Source: Saccostrea cucullata
Lineage: Eukaryota
DNA: 64,000 nt
Reading direction: 5' to 3'
Assembly (NCBI RefSeq): GCF_032062105.1
Contig: NW_026937303.1
Span: 186,001-250,000, forward strand
In this document: in pieces, positions 1 through 13,280 of the stretch
Layout: each line of letters starts with the position of its first letter
How positions within the stretch are numbered: the first letter of the stretch is position 1
Made by a program: the position numbers and the translations under genes
Notes under the pieces: generated by a model
Told to the model about the DNA's origin: nothing
The model's database searches: none
Seen by the model: only the letters and a program-made list of their open reading frames with translations

Positions 1-133
1 TAGTTTTATAAATGGGAACGTGATTTTAATGAATTTAATCTTCAGAGAGTGAAGCGGGAATATAAGTTGGATTTCCAGGAGTAGTATTTAAACTAAACCA
101 CTGAGTTCCTCATAAATACAATAATAATGGATA

Positions 134-254
134 TTTATAAAGATGCTTACATTTTCAATCGACAGCTGACTTTTACATTTTAGTAATTGGAGTTTGTATC
201 TCTTTAAATTGTAGAAGTCAGTCGTCGATTGTAAAAAGTAAGTCTCTTTATAAA
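134..254. repeat. Imperfect ~120-bp inverted repeat (small foldback/MITE remnant)
   Basis: Left arm tttataaagatgcttacattttcaatcgacagctgacttttacattt pairs imperfectly with right arm aaattgtagaagtcagtcgtcgattgtaaaaagtaagtctctttataaa. Confidence 0.6.
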
Positions 255-862
255 ACTCCAATAATGAGCCTTACAAACCAAAACAATCTTGTTACATGCC
301 TTGTCAGTTGGAACCAAAACAAATATGTAGACTTTCTAATTATTTGAAATCCTTTGATTTAGTGAAAGGAAAGGATAGGTGGTTCACATATTACCTTTTG
401 AATTTTGTATTCTTTAATATATTTCTAAACTCAGATGAATTATGAAATTATTTTCCTTTTTCATATTTAGCTAAACGTTTGAGATGGTTGCTCTCAGGTC
501 TTTGTTTTCAACTATACTGAACATCACCTGTAAAGACGTATTTAGCAGGATTGAAAGAGTGATGAGCAGGAACGCATGAGAGGAGTTTGGTTTAGACGTT
601 CAATATCTATCGAATGTAAGGTTTATTATTATATAAATGAAAAAGTTTGGCAGCAACAGTTTTGGAATATTTGTAGAAAATTAGCATTTTGTAGTAAATT
701 GTACAGTCGTTGTAATAAACTTGTTAGTAAATATAACCTATCATTGGGTCAAATATCACCATTTATCGTATAACATTCCTACTTTTTTCAAGATTTGATA
801 TTTCAAACATTCATATTTAAAAGACAAAAATCTTTTTTTCCCCCAAAAGTTGATTATCTTAT

Positions 863-1220
863 ACATTGATACTTAAAAAGCAAATATCCTTGCCCAAAAA
901 TGATGATATTTAATACATTTATACTTGTAAAGAAAACAAAACTTGCAAAAAGTGAAGATAAATAATACATTGATACTTAAAAATCTTATTTTTACGAAAA
1001 ATGATAATATTAAATAATTGATACTTATATAAAACAATCTTGCAAAAAATGAAGATGTTTAATACCTTGATACTTTAAAAAAAATAGACTTGTCAAAAAA
1101 AGATACTTTACAAATTGATATTTATAAATAAGCAAAATCTAAAAAAAAAGATGATATTTAATACACTGATACTTATGAAAAAGAATCTTGTCAAAAATGA
1201 TATTTTCTACAATGATACTT
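863..1220. repeat. Degenerate AT-rich minisatellite, about 7 units of ~50 bp
   Basis: Recurring unit approximately acattgatacttaaaaa...cttgcaaaaaatgatgatatttaat. It explains spurious ORF 1115..1333. Confidence 0.75.
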
Positions 1221-1862
1221 CAATACTGGTCTACAAAAACCACATAGATATTGTCAACCAGAAAGTCGAGCATATATTTTATATCAACTGTAGAGTACTT
1301 GTGTGTACAATCAGACTGTTTTTCACCAAATAATTTTGCAAATGACCAATAACAAGGTACGTATATAATCTGGATTTATCGGCCATTAATTCAGTCATGC
1401 ATCGGTGACTCATTTAAAAAAAAAAACGATGACTGGCATAAAATAAAGTATACTATCGTGTTGTTTGTTTTGCTAGTTCATTGGATTAAATATGTATTTC
1501 CGCAATTAAAACAGCTTAAAATAACCCCAAACTAAGAACATTAATGAAATAAACTTTATTACTTAATAGCCATTTTTTTGTTTTAAACTCAGATTGTTGT
1601 ATCTTAGAGCTTTTAGTGGCTTTGGGTATGGACACCAATGAATCCAAACATTCAGACTGGGAACTGTTGACATTTTCATAGCAAAAAATTCTGATTTTGA
1701 TTGAAATAAATTAAATATGTCTTAAACAATTTTATTAGGCAATCTTTAAAAAAATTGTTTGATTGCCCCTTCTTGACTGACTGACTTTAAATGCCCCGAC
1801 TCAAAACTTTTAAATTCCCAGAACACTCTATGTTTTCTCTTTTTATTCCTTGAATTCCGTAA

Positions 1863-2693
1863 AGGCCCTTTCACAATTGGCGCACGAGCACTTTACAACA
1901 CTTTGCGATCGGAAAATTTTAGCTTCGCACGAGCTCTCGCATACGTTGCACGATGTCTCGCATTCACTGCATGTGTTTTAGTGGTCGCATCAAGTCTCTT
2001 CAAAATAGTCAACATGCACACTATTCAGACCCGACCAAATGCGATCCAAATTATTGCAATTCAACGCACGAAAGTTAGTGCTAACGTCTTACAACGTTTT
2101 ATGAACTCGTAAGAGTGATGTACGATTTCTAAAGATCGTAAGATGAATCGCAGCTGTCTTTGCGTGTGTTTTGCGACCATGAGACTGTTGCTCAACATGT
2201 CTCATGTAATCTTGCTACGTTTTACTATCATTGGTTGATTTATCACCTTCAATTGCCATTCTTTGCAACAGGTATATATAGCATGTATAATTATAAGCAT
2301 CTTAACTATGTCAACTGAAGAGCGTCGGAAAGGGGTGGTATATATACCCGGCCCTCTGACTCGCATGAACATTCGTACTATGGAATGCATGAGTGCACGA
2401 GCACCGCACGTCCAATCGTATTGTCGCACGTTCAATCGTCCGATTACCTGATCAGTCGTGCAATCCTATCGCATTATCTTACAACACTGGCTTTCATTCT
2501 ACAACAGTCGCATATAGACGCAAGATATATCGCAAGATTTAATGCACAACAGTCGCTTTAAATCGTGCGCATTTCGTACGAACACTTTTTTCATATGCGA
2601 TTATTTTGGCAACAGTTTACGATCCTAGACAAAATTTTTCGGTCGCACGAATATTTTGTCGCTTCTGCTCGTGCGCCAATTGTGAAAAGGCCT
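1863..2693. mobile_element. Non-autonomous PIF/Harbinger-type DNA transposon (MITE)
   Basis: 28-bp TIRs with 1 mismatch (AGGCCCTTTCACAATTGGCGCACGAGCA at 1863; TGCTCGTGCGCCAATTGTGAAAAGGCCT ending 2693). Flanked by a 3-bp TAA duplication (1860-1862, 2694-2696). No transposase ORF. Confidence 0.85.
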
Positions 2694-3032
2694 TAAGCAA
2701 ATTGTCCAAATTTTCAGGAAAAGAGATTTTTCTTCCTACGTACCGACCAAATAATTTTCCCCGAGCCGGGAGAGGGCAAGCAAAAGTTTTTAAGGATAGC
2801 CTTAATAAAATATATTTTAATATATTTACAAAAACAAATCAATATGGAACATGAAGTTAAGATAAAAAATAAAAATAGAAACTGGGCGGAGGCCTGCTTC
2901 AATTCTTTTCCCGTAAACATTATACCTAAATATTTTTTTATTGGATGCGAGAGGCAATACTTTCGTCTATTCAGCCCAATCGTGTATCTTTAAAGAATTA
3001 ATCAATTTTATGATATCCCGAAATTCCCTACA

Positions 3033-4906
3033 CTATTTGGTGTCTATGGAGACATTCTCTGTTTTGTTCCCAGAACTCAGTGATTGTGGTGCCCGCGGGT
3101 TTGTAGCGGAGTCCGATTGAAATTCTTTTTCTTTAGGACATAAGCGTCTGAGGCCTGATATAATGGCGTAATAGATCTCCTTCCTGAAGATGATGTAGAG
3201 CCACGGGTCCACCACAGAGTTAGTGATGCTCAGCCTGGTAAACAAAAGTTCAGTTTTACCTGCTGTTTCCGGAAGAGCTAACGAGGCATGTCCCAGAATA
3301 TTCACCTAGAGAAATTCAAATCAAAACTTTTTGTTAAACAATGTATTTTTATTATTTTATCTATCCACTAATACTACTGAGAAAATGGTGTAACAAAGTG
3401 TGTTGCTTTGACCCACGTTAGTTGCATTAGATTACTGGAGAAAATGAATTAAAAAAAGAATTTTCTCTTAAAACATATATGCATTTTATTTTTTTTAAAT
3501 TTATGTTTTGTGTATATCAAAGTAAAACTGAATTCCCTATACTCAAGAATAAAACGTCAGCATGTAAAGTATTTTCTTTAAAATCAATAGCCACTTAAAA
3601 AATAAAGTATCTTATTTCAATACAAAACACTGGAAATGAAATTAATGAAGATAACCAACTGTATTCAAGCCCAAAAATTCCAATAAAGATTAAAAATTTT
3701 GAAAACACGGACCTTTCAAAACAAGGAGTGATCATCTACTGTCGACCGGTCATACCCGCCGTGTGCTCCTTGTCATGATCAGAAAAAACGGGTAATTTGT
3801 TGACAATTAAGTGTGTAAATAATGGCCTTACAATTAGCTCAGTGTGTAAATAATTGAATAAAGTTATATGAGGGACAGAATAAGAAACTTTCATAGGAAA
3901 TGAGAGTTTGTTCTAAGATATTTATTTAATTTGTATTAAAAATAACATTTTTATCATGCATTCAGTAATAATATTCCAGGTAAAATGACTTCCTGTAAAA
4001 TGTAAACATGTGTCATGCATACAAGGAAAATAAATATATATATTTAATAAACTTTATCGAGAAGTGAACTTAAAAAATTACAAACACACTTTTTTCCTAA
4101 TTAAGGCATCTTACCATTAACGGGAACCAACAGGAAGTGAAAAGAATAACCACTGTCATCAGAAAAATAATGACATGCGCATCCTTCCATCCGCTCCACG
4201 TGGACTCATTCTTGTATCTTTTGTAGACAAAGTAGACAATGACTGCAATATTGAAGGTCCAGGTAGCAAGGACAATGAGTACTCCAATCGACGCATAAAT
4301 AATGGCATTAATTCTGTTAACTTCTGTGGTTGTTTCAATAAAATTCAGAAAACACCAAGTACCGGGATAGAATTTACGACTGGAACCAAGGCCGAAAAAA
4401 GGTAAACTGCTGATGAGTGCCGAAAGGCCCCATATGAGAACCACAATTATGTTTGTTCGGATTTCTTTGTGTGGTTTGTTGTAGTGAAATGGATAATATG
4501 TAGCAAAGAATCTGTCGAATGACATGCCGCAAACTATCATGGCGGACGACATCAGCGTAAACATGTACCAAAACATCTGAAAGTTACACAGAACTGGAGA
4601 CAGTTCTCTCTGTAGCTCGGAGGCGTACATAGAGAGAGACACGGGTACCGATATAAGTAGTCCTCCTCCATCCGTGATCGCAAGTCCACAGACGTACCTG
4701 TAAAATGGCTTCCATTTGTGAGTTTTGGCAGTCACAAGTAATACCACCAGGGCAATTACATTTCCACCAACTCCGAACGCAAAAAGAAGATACGCCGGGA
4801 CAGCATTGATAATTAGAGGTTCAGCCTCCCCGTCTGTTGTTATTATATTGGTAAATGCATCTGTTGTTGCTTTGCTGATATTGTTCCCAGCTGTATTAGT
4901 GTTCAT
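3033..4906 (-). CDS. Prostanoid (prostaglandin E2 EP4-like) receptor, class A GPCR, paralog 1 (354 aa)
   Basis: Exon 1 4906-4115 ends ...CWFPLM|GTAAG; exon 2 3305-3033 starts TAG|VNILGH. Seven hydrophobic segments. Motifs GN, LAxxD, DRF, ECL2 YPGTWCF, TM7 RLSITNSVVDPWLYI. Phase-0 intron at the end of TM6, as in vertebrate prostanoid receptor genes. Confidence 0.93.
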
Positions 4907-5877
4907 GGTTCAGAAATTGAAGTGAATATTTTCACATTTAATTAACCAATGCTCTATTTACTTTCAAACAATCAATTCTTATATATATTTACTCTTCCTC
5001 GTTTGAATACCTTTATTCTTTTAATTCTATTCAGTCATGCACAACAAGTACTTGTCATGATTTACCTCGTCATGAATGAGATACGCCTACAGAAGTAGAT
5101 GTGTAGGTACTTAGAAGCTAAGTGTATATCATGATACAGCATAAACTAGTATCCTGGTGTGCCTTGGTTGGACAACAGACCATCTCTTTTTCATGAATCC
5201 CACTCGTTATTCAAATTTTTGATTGGCTATTTCAAGACTCTTTGAGAATTGGAAAAACCATTGGTGACAGCTTTGTCATCCTATATCTATAAATTCTATT
5301 TTATTTATACTTATCAAGATTGTTACAGGTTAAAATATATCCTATTGTTAATTGCTTATGACATAAAGCAAATATTTATTTTTCTACAGGAGAGTAATCT
5401 GAAAGACATGTCATATTGTAAATTTTGAATTTACCGGGTGGCAGTAAATACAAATTGAAAGACATATGCACAAGAACGATTCCAATTTAGAGATGATAGG
5501 ATGTCGGCCATAGTGACAGACAGTAACTTTGAAGATAAGTCTTAATCAAGTTTTAAGAGGTTTTATTGGCCATTTATAAAAAATATATACAACGTAAGAA
5601 CTACTCATTTGTTTATCAATTAGAAATAATTTATGTTAAAAGCTTTACTATTTAATCAAACATCTGCTAAGATAAAACTGAATATTCAGCAGTTTTTATC
5701 AAGGGAGAAAAAAAATCAAAAAGAAACTTTAAAATCCCGTGCATTTGTGAAAAATGTATAATAATAGCCATTTTAGATTTAAATTTTTGCTAACTGTAAA
5801 TTCATAACATGTATTTTATACATAACAGATTATTTTTCATTGTATTTTCTGTCCCATTGTCATCAAAAGAAGCCTGG

Positions 5878-7376
5878 TTAATAAGTATTACAACAATCAG
5901 TTGAATCTTTCGATGCGCTATCTGTTTTGTTCCGAGTGTCAAGAGATATAACTGTTTCAGCATTCGGAACCCCCTCTGAGTCGCTAGCCCTCTCTTTGCC
6001 GGACAGACGTCTGACACAGGTCACGAGTACAGAGTAATTCTCCCTCCGGAAGATGAGGTACAGCCAGGGGTCCACTATAGAGTTAGTTATACTCAGTCTG
6101 GTCAGCAAAAGCTCTGTCTTACCCGCGGTTTCCGTGAGAGCGAACGAGGCATGTTCCAGAATATTGACCTGATCAGTAAATAATAATTATATATACAGCT
6201 ATGTAAATGGACCTTAAAAACATAAACATTTTAACATATGAGCAGGCCTGTTCAACCATAATAACTATATATACAGATTACAATAAGACTCGACAAAAAA
6301 AAAACAAAAAAAAAAAAACAAACAAACAAAAAACAAATCTCTGTTTTGATATTTGAAACAGAATTTAGAAAGAAGAGAAACGTTATATTTCCTATAAAAA
6401 TCACAGTATTCTCATCGTTAATCATTTGTACCCGTATACTGTATATGATTTCCCCCCTCTCTCTCTCTCTCACTTTTTAAAATTCCAGCGCTCTAGTCAT
6501 AAGAACAGAAAACTTATAATCAGATAGACAAACTAACAACTCTCAAAATGTCATGTGTCGCCATTACAACCATCTTACCATCAAAGGAAACCAACATGAA
6601 GTAAACAGAACCACCACTGTCATCAGAAAAATAATGACATGCACATCCTTCCATCCGCTCCACGTGGACTCGTTCTTGTATCTTTTGTAGATAAAGAAGA
6701 CAATGACTGCGATATTGAAGGTCCAGGTAGCCAGGACAATTATGATACCGATAGCAGCGTAAATAATGGAGTTAATTCTGTTGCCTTCTATGGATGTTTC
6801 AATAAAATTCAGAAAACACCATGTGCCGGGATAGAATTTACGACTGGAACCAAGGCCGAAAAAAGGTAAACTGCTGATAAGAGCAGAAGTTACCCAAATC
6901 ACTAAAACAACTATGTTTGTTCGGATTTTTTTGTGTGGTTTGTTGTAGTGAAATGGATAATATGTGGCAAAGAATCTGTCGAATGACATGCCGCAAACTA
7001 TCATGGCGGACGACATCAGAGTAAACATGTACCAAAACATCTGAAAGTTACACAGAACTGGAGACAACTCTCTCTGTAGCTCGGAGGCGTACATGGAGAG
7101 AGACACGGGAACCGATATAAGTAGTCCTCCTCCATCCGTGATCGCAAGTCCACAGACGTATCTGTAAAATGGCTTCCATTTGTGAGTTTTGGCAGTCACA
7201 AGTAATACTACCAGGGCAACAACATTTCCTCCGACTCCGAAGACAAAAACCAGATAGGCTGGAATAGCGTTGGTTACGAGAGATTCATTTGTCCCTGCTG
7301 TAACCGTATTTAAACTTTCTGTCATTATTTGAGAAGAAGCCTCCATGGTAGACATACTAAACATATTGTTATCCAT
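5878..7376 (-). CDS. Prostanoid (EP4-like) receptor, paralog 2 (362 aa)
   Basis: Exon 1 7376-6579 (ATG|GTAAG); exon 2 6168-5878 (CAG|GTC AAT ATT, VNILEHASF...RLSITNSIVDPWLYL). YPGTWCF present. TM1-TM3 nearly identical to paralog 1. Confidence 0.93.
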
Positions 7377-8319
7377 GATTGGTATTAAAATAATTTTTCA
7401 ATGCTTGACACATTAAACATTTTTTTAATTTATTCACGGTGCTTGACACAGTGAACACAGGTTCGTACTGAGCCTATACAGACTACTTATTTCTATTTAT
7501 TTATAAAACAATATATAAAACTATACCTTATGATCTCTCCCTTTCCGTTTCTTTCAAGGGTAAATTTTAAAAGTAAACAGGTCGTGAAAACAATCATGCA
7601 ATGTAGATAAATCTTACTACTGAAATACACGTCTACAGTTATTTACATCAAACTGACCTGTTTAAACGGGGTAAGCAGATCTAATGCATAGTATATTTAC
7701 AAGATATATGAAGACTAAAAAACGACACAATAGTAGGCAGAATTTGCAATTTAGTTCTTAATAACGACCATAAAATTTGCAAAATACTCACTTAAACGAG
7801 GAAGCTGAGAACCATGCATTAAAATGCTTTTCAGTGATCTGCTTATGTTAAGAATAATCATACTCAGAATATACATATACTCTTGCGTATTGAATAAACA
7901 TGGAGACATCAACATCATACACAGTTCATTGGGTAATATTACAAAATAAATTTGGAAAACTGACGATGGAAATGCTGGTCATCTTTTTTTCCTTGTTTAG
8001 ATGAAAGTTGGAAATTAACATGCAATGTCAGTAGATTTCCTAAGCATTAAGCCGAACTACCAGGCATTGGTAAAAAAAAAAATCGAATTCAGAGGGGTAC
8101 GAGGGCTGCTTGGAAAGTATTGGGACATTCTGTATAGTTGTCTAATTATCCTATAAGTTAGAATCTCTTTTAATCATTCTTTATAAAATGCTGACAAATT
8201 TTCATGAATATGTATCTCTCTTTTATAGAGTAAATATAAACGTCTAAATAATATCCAAAAAAAAAAACGCTCGTATATCGACTTGACAAATACTATTATT
8301 GTGTAAATGAAATATATGG

Positions 8320-9930
8320 AGATAAAGAATAGTATTCAGGCTCATAAAACAAAACACAATGGGAGGAGAGCAAACATGGACCTTCAAAAAATCAGAGGTT
8401 GGATCAAGTGTCATGGAGAAATGAGCATCCCCTGTCGACCGGTCACACCCGAAGTGTGCTCCTTAGCATGATCGAATAATAACAAAAAATCGGTCGACAA
8501 TTCAGTGTGTAAATAATGGACTTACAATTTGTGTGAAAAAGTCGGTCATCATTTGACTCATTGATAAATTATGTTTGCTGACAATGTCATTGTATCGATC
8601 ATAGAACTTAAGAAATCAACTTTAAACGAGACTGCTGATATTCTTGTTTCACCAACGTGTTTGTCAATATTTAACCTCGTTTGAGAAATCGTACATACCT
8701 AGGGAACGCTCTCGCGTATCGAATCAAATGAGAGATATAAACTCCGTATGCAGGTGATGAAAGGATATTGCTGCATAACTAAGGGAAGTTTACGATTGAA
8801 AAGTTAAAGCCATCATGTTTATCATAGAGCTTGGTTGTTAGGTTGCTATTGACGTCTTTTCAAGTAAAATATCCAATAATGAAATATGAAACAGGTGAGT
8901 CAGACTCTGGTATCTTTTATCTCAAGCACACCGGGATATATCGTAACGACATAAGAATTTAAATTACCATTGTTATTGACAATACGTCGATCATCGAGAT
9001 ATCGAAATGTTGATCAAGTTGAAGGCAACAAGTGTTTCCTTCTTTTCACGAGATTTCGGACAAATTCTTCTTCACATGAATACAAAAGATGGTTTTCTAA
9101 TAACAGGGAACAATTAGTTCCCATGGGAATTCCAATAGATTGTTGGAGGACCTGGTTTCCAAAAACCACATAGATAATGCAAATCAGAAATTCAAGCATC
9201 TTTTTATGTCATTCCAGAGTACTTAAGTTATGTATACAATCAAAATGTTTTTAACAAAATAAATTTGCAAATGACCAGTGACAAGCTTAAGATAAGTAAA
9301 TTTACGAGTTCCATTTTTATGGAAAAAGCAGCTGTCAATGATGTCTAAAAGCCTGGACTTCAGTTTATAGTGGGGAATAATTGTATATAAAGTAGAAAAG
9401 TCGTATGTTTTAAGCTGTTGATTTGGTAAAATCTTGTGATATCTAATAGCACAAAAGTTCCCTTGAATTTTTAAGTATCCACACCTTATTTACACCATTT
9501 CTCGAATATATACATTTTTTGTTGTACAGTACTCTTGAAGATTCTCTTTCGCTACGGCTTGATTGAACAATTATTTACCATTTACTTGAAATTACTCTGT
9601 ATCTTTGTTTGTAAGGATTTTTAAGTTTCGGAATCCAATGCTAGTTCAAATTCATTTTGGTTGTTTTGGATATCAAAAATATTCAAAACTAACATATGAT
9701 TTTAAACATTTTCTTCCTAAGAAAGAGAACTATGCGTATTCGTTGGATTACCAATTTGTAGAAGTAAATCGAAGTTCTTCTAAAACAATTTATGTAACGA
9801 GCCTTACAAACGAAGACAATGTTGTTACCTGCTTTCTCAGAAGGGACCTGTACGTATCGATCATAAAAACAACCCATTTAACAGAAATAGTCAAAATCTT
9901 GACAATAGTATCGGCGGATAAAGTCTGAAT
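8320..9930 (-). mobile_element. Degenerate Penelope-like (Naiad-type) retroelement fragment: RT domain plus 3' tail
   Basis: Minus strand encodes GIPMGTNC...LYS (ORF 9014..9199), FRYLDD at ~8990-9007 and a KxYDK..F..VNFP..SNI...AYGVYIS.LIRYARA-like segment, with frameshifts. Ends in the shared 3' tail at ~8350-8470. Boundaries approximate. Confidence 0.8.
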
Positions 9931-10102
9931 TTAATGATATTTTAAAAAATTAATAATCATATTGTTAAAAAATTCAACTATATTTCTAACTGAAGTTGGC
10001 GATCTTTTATATCAAATTGCTTAACAAAGGACACACCTCTTCTCCAGCTTGGACAACGGAACAAACATCATATTTAAACACCTCCCTTCCTTCACTAAAA
10101 CA

Positions 10103-11092
10103 TAAGAGGCATTGTCTTGGTATTTACTGCCAAGAAGTGATATGACCTATTCGAATAGGTAATATCAATTAATCAAACTGAGTAGGTGATATCACCTATT
10201 CGAACAGTTCATATCGCCTATTCGATTCACGTTTTCGAATTTGTGATTTCGCGTATCAGAAATGAATAGGTGATATCACCTATTCGTGCTGAAGAGGTGA
10301 TATCACCTATTCGAATAAATGATATCACCTATTCGAATAGGTCATATCACCTATTTAATTTGAAATGGTGATATCACCAATTCGAATAGGTCATATCACC
10401 TTTTAATATTTCTTACAAGAAATAATGCTCCCTAGACTATCTAGATTTCCACTGAAACCAAGAAAGTTCCGACTGCCCAGTTGTCACCAAAACTTTTTAA
10501 ATACCTTATGTTATGGATCCCTCTTGAGTTATATAATTTTTAAAAACCCCAGCTGTGGTACAATAGAGTGGCATGCCTTTCACTCTTTCAAGTTCTACTG
10601 GGGTGCTTAAAACTAAATACGAAGCTTTAATTCATTGTTTCTAAGAACGATCGATGAGTTATAAAACTAAAGTGAAAGTAAATGAGATTTAAGGAGCTTA
10701 AGCTTTGGGAGATGTGGTTATTTCCTGAATAATTTGAATAATTGATATCACCTATTCATATAAATGATACCATCTATTCAAATAAGTGATATGAACTATT
10801 CAAAATGCTAAGATATTATGACCTATTTGAATAAGTGATATCACCTATTTAATTTGAATATGTGATATCACGTATTCGAATAAGTGAATTCACCTATTCA
10901 AAAGGAATCACCTATTCGAATTTATAAGTGATATCACCTATTCGAAAAAGTGATATCACCTTTTCGAATAGATGATCAAATCAAATAGGTGATATCACCT
11001 TTTCAAAATCTGAATAGGTGATACCATTTATTCGAATAAGTTATCACCAATTGAACAGGTGATATCACTTTTTGGCAGAGCGGCGCCTCATA
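10103..11092. mobile_element. Foldback non-autonomous DNA element with subterminal arrays of a 22-bp palindromic unit (GTGATATCACCTATTCGAATAG)
   Basis: Ends TAagaggc...ctgccaagaagtgatat and atatcactttttggcagagcggcgcctcaTA are inverted. Repeat blocks at ~10135-10402 and ~10735-11070 flank a unique core. Confidence 0.75.
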
Positions 11093-11499
11093 CAACAATC
11101 AATTATTGACTAAACTTCTGGAAAGTTTTTAGTCTCTATAATCCATGTACAAATCATCATATACTACTGCAAAGGAATTAACTTTACGGCCTCTCATTTC
11201 TCAAGTACGACTAACCACTTTATGTCACAATTGATCCACATATTGCATATTGACGTCATTTTCACATTGTGACCTCACAAACATGGAGCAAAATGTTTCA
11301 CATATGCTATTTATAGAACATGTGTATGAATGTGTGTGCCAAATGTCATTCTGATCTGAATTGCAGATTTGTAAATACCGGGGTATATAGCTCGCAGACG
11401 TTTTGATCACCCTTCGTATCCTTAAAAGTTTACAGAAAGACAATCATATTATTTACCGTGTGCTTTTCTCCTCATCGTATAAATGTATAAATAAAGTCA

Positions 11500-12200
11500 A
11501 TACGACGTATTGTCAATTAACAATTTTAATTTCCATTCTTATGTCGATACGATGTATCCTGGTGAGCTTGAGATAAAAGATACTACAGAGTCTGACACAT
11601 CTGTTTCATATTTGAATATTTTACTTGAAAAAGACGTTAATGCTAATCTAACAACCAAATTCTATTATAAACGTGATGAATTTAACTTTCCTAAGGTCAA
11701 CCTCCCTTACTAATGCAGCAACATATTTTCATCCCCTGCATACGGAGTTTACGTATATCAGTTGATTCAATACGCAAGAGCATGCTCTATGTATGAACAA
11801 TTTCTAAATCGAGGTAAATTTGTGACAAACAAATCGATGAAACAAGAATATCAGCAGTCTCATTTAATGTCATAATTTCGCAAGTTCTATGGTCGATACA
11901 ATGACCTTGTCAGCGAATACAATTTATCATTGTGTCAAATGCTGACTGACGTTTTTCATGATAATTGTTAGTCCATTATTTATACACTTCATTGCCGACG
12001 GATTTTTCCGTTATTCCCGAACATGACAAGGAGTACACGACGGATGTGACTGGTCGGCAGGGGATATTCACTCCTCCATGGCACCTGACCCCACCTCTGA
12101 TGTTTTGGAGGTCCTTGTTTGCTCTGCTCCTATTTTGTATTGTTTTATGAACTTTTGATCTTGAATACTGTTCGTTATCTCCATAGGTTTCATCCATTGT
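11500..12200 (+). mobile_element. 5'-truncated Penelope-like (Naiad-type) copy: RT C-terminus plus 3' tail
   Basis: ORF 11510..11713 reads YPGELEIKDTTESDTSVSYL...KFYYKRDEFNF..VNLPY, followed by the shared tail (ggcaggggatattcactcctccatggcacctgaccccacctctgatgttttggaggtcc). Confidence 0.8.
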
Positions 12201-12346
12201 ATGCGATTTTTTTTATTTCATGTATTGATTGTGAAAAAGTTAATTTCTAGATGTTATCTCTGATCAGGAAATGAGTAGTATCCTATTCTCTTTAACTCTT
12301 TGATTTAATTTACTGCAAATTGAACAGAACAGTAAACTGCAATTAA

Positions 12347-13280
12347 GGACGTTCGATCCTGAGATTTTGAGCATATTTTGGTCAGGTCCTTTATTTATAA
12401 AATTCTGCATTATTTTTAAGTTCTAACATTAAATCTGAATTCTACAGTGCAAGTTTAACTAGATCCAATGAAAAAACCGCGATTAAATTGCATTCAAATA
12501 GAATTAAGCTAGGGACTATATTTTGTGGCGGAAGGTTTTTTAGACGAAAATGATCAGTTTTTCCATTTTGAACTATAACAGTACTGTTAAATTTGGATTC
12601 CTATTTTTCCATCCTGGTTGCACACAAAGCTGTTTTTTGCAGTGAAATGTGTTATGCTGGTTCTGAAATATCTATTAAATTATTTCTTATGAACTCTATC
12701 AACAAAGTGTGACAAATATAGTCAATATATTCTGAAAATCCGGGAAAAAATTGAGCCAATTTTAACGTAAAATTGACACTTTTTTAGCAATATCTGAAGA
12801 TTTTCATCATATACCCCCACTTTTGATATTCTTTTCTAAATATTCAAGATAAATTTGACCTGTTTGCTTAAAATCAGAAAAAGTTTAAGACTTTAAAATA
12901 AATTTCTTGCGTATTAAATTTTCAATGCCAGAAAAATCACTTTTTATTAGTGCAGAAAGGTCAAATAATTGATTATGCGAAGCAATTTGAAACTTTTTCT
13001 TAGTCACAATTTTTAAGTGTCTTTTTTTAAAACAAACTTAGAGTTCATTTTGTTCATGCTCTAACTGGATAAAATATTGGAGGGAAAACGTCAAAAATTT
13101 AATTTTTAATTAAGACACAAATTTCAGTGCAAGAAGGTCATATTAAATGTACTGTAGCGCCAAAAGAAGCGTATTGACCCCTATTTTTTGATTTGAAATT
13201 TAATTAAGCTATGTATGTAGAAACTAAAAATATACTTGGCAAAAAAAGTTTAAGACTTTAAATATCAGGATCGAACGTCG
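12347..13280. mobile_element. Non-autonomous Kolobok-type DNA transposon
   Basis: TTAA|GGACGTTCGATCCTGAGATTT ... AATATCAGGATCGAACGTCG|TTAA. A TTAA target duplication with a purine (GG) 5' end fits Kolobok rather than piggyBac. Confidence 0.75.

Noticed and set aside
10135-11070. CRISPR array
   Set aside because: Repeats are mostly directly abutting with short irregular linkers rather than unique constant-length spacers. There are no cas genes, the context is eukaryotic, and the block is bounded by TIRs.
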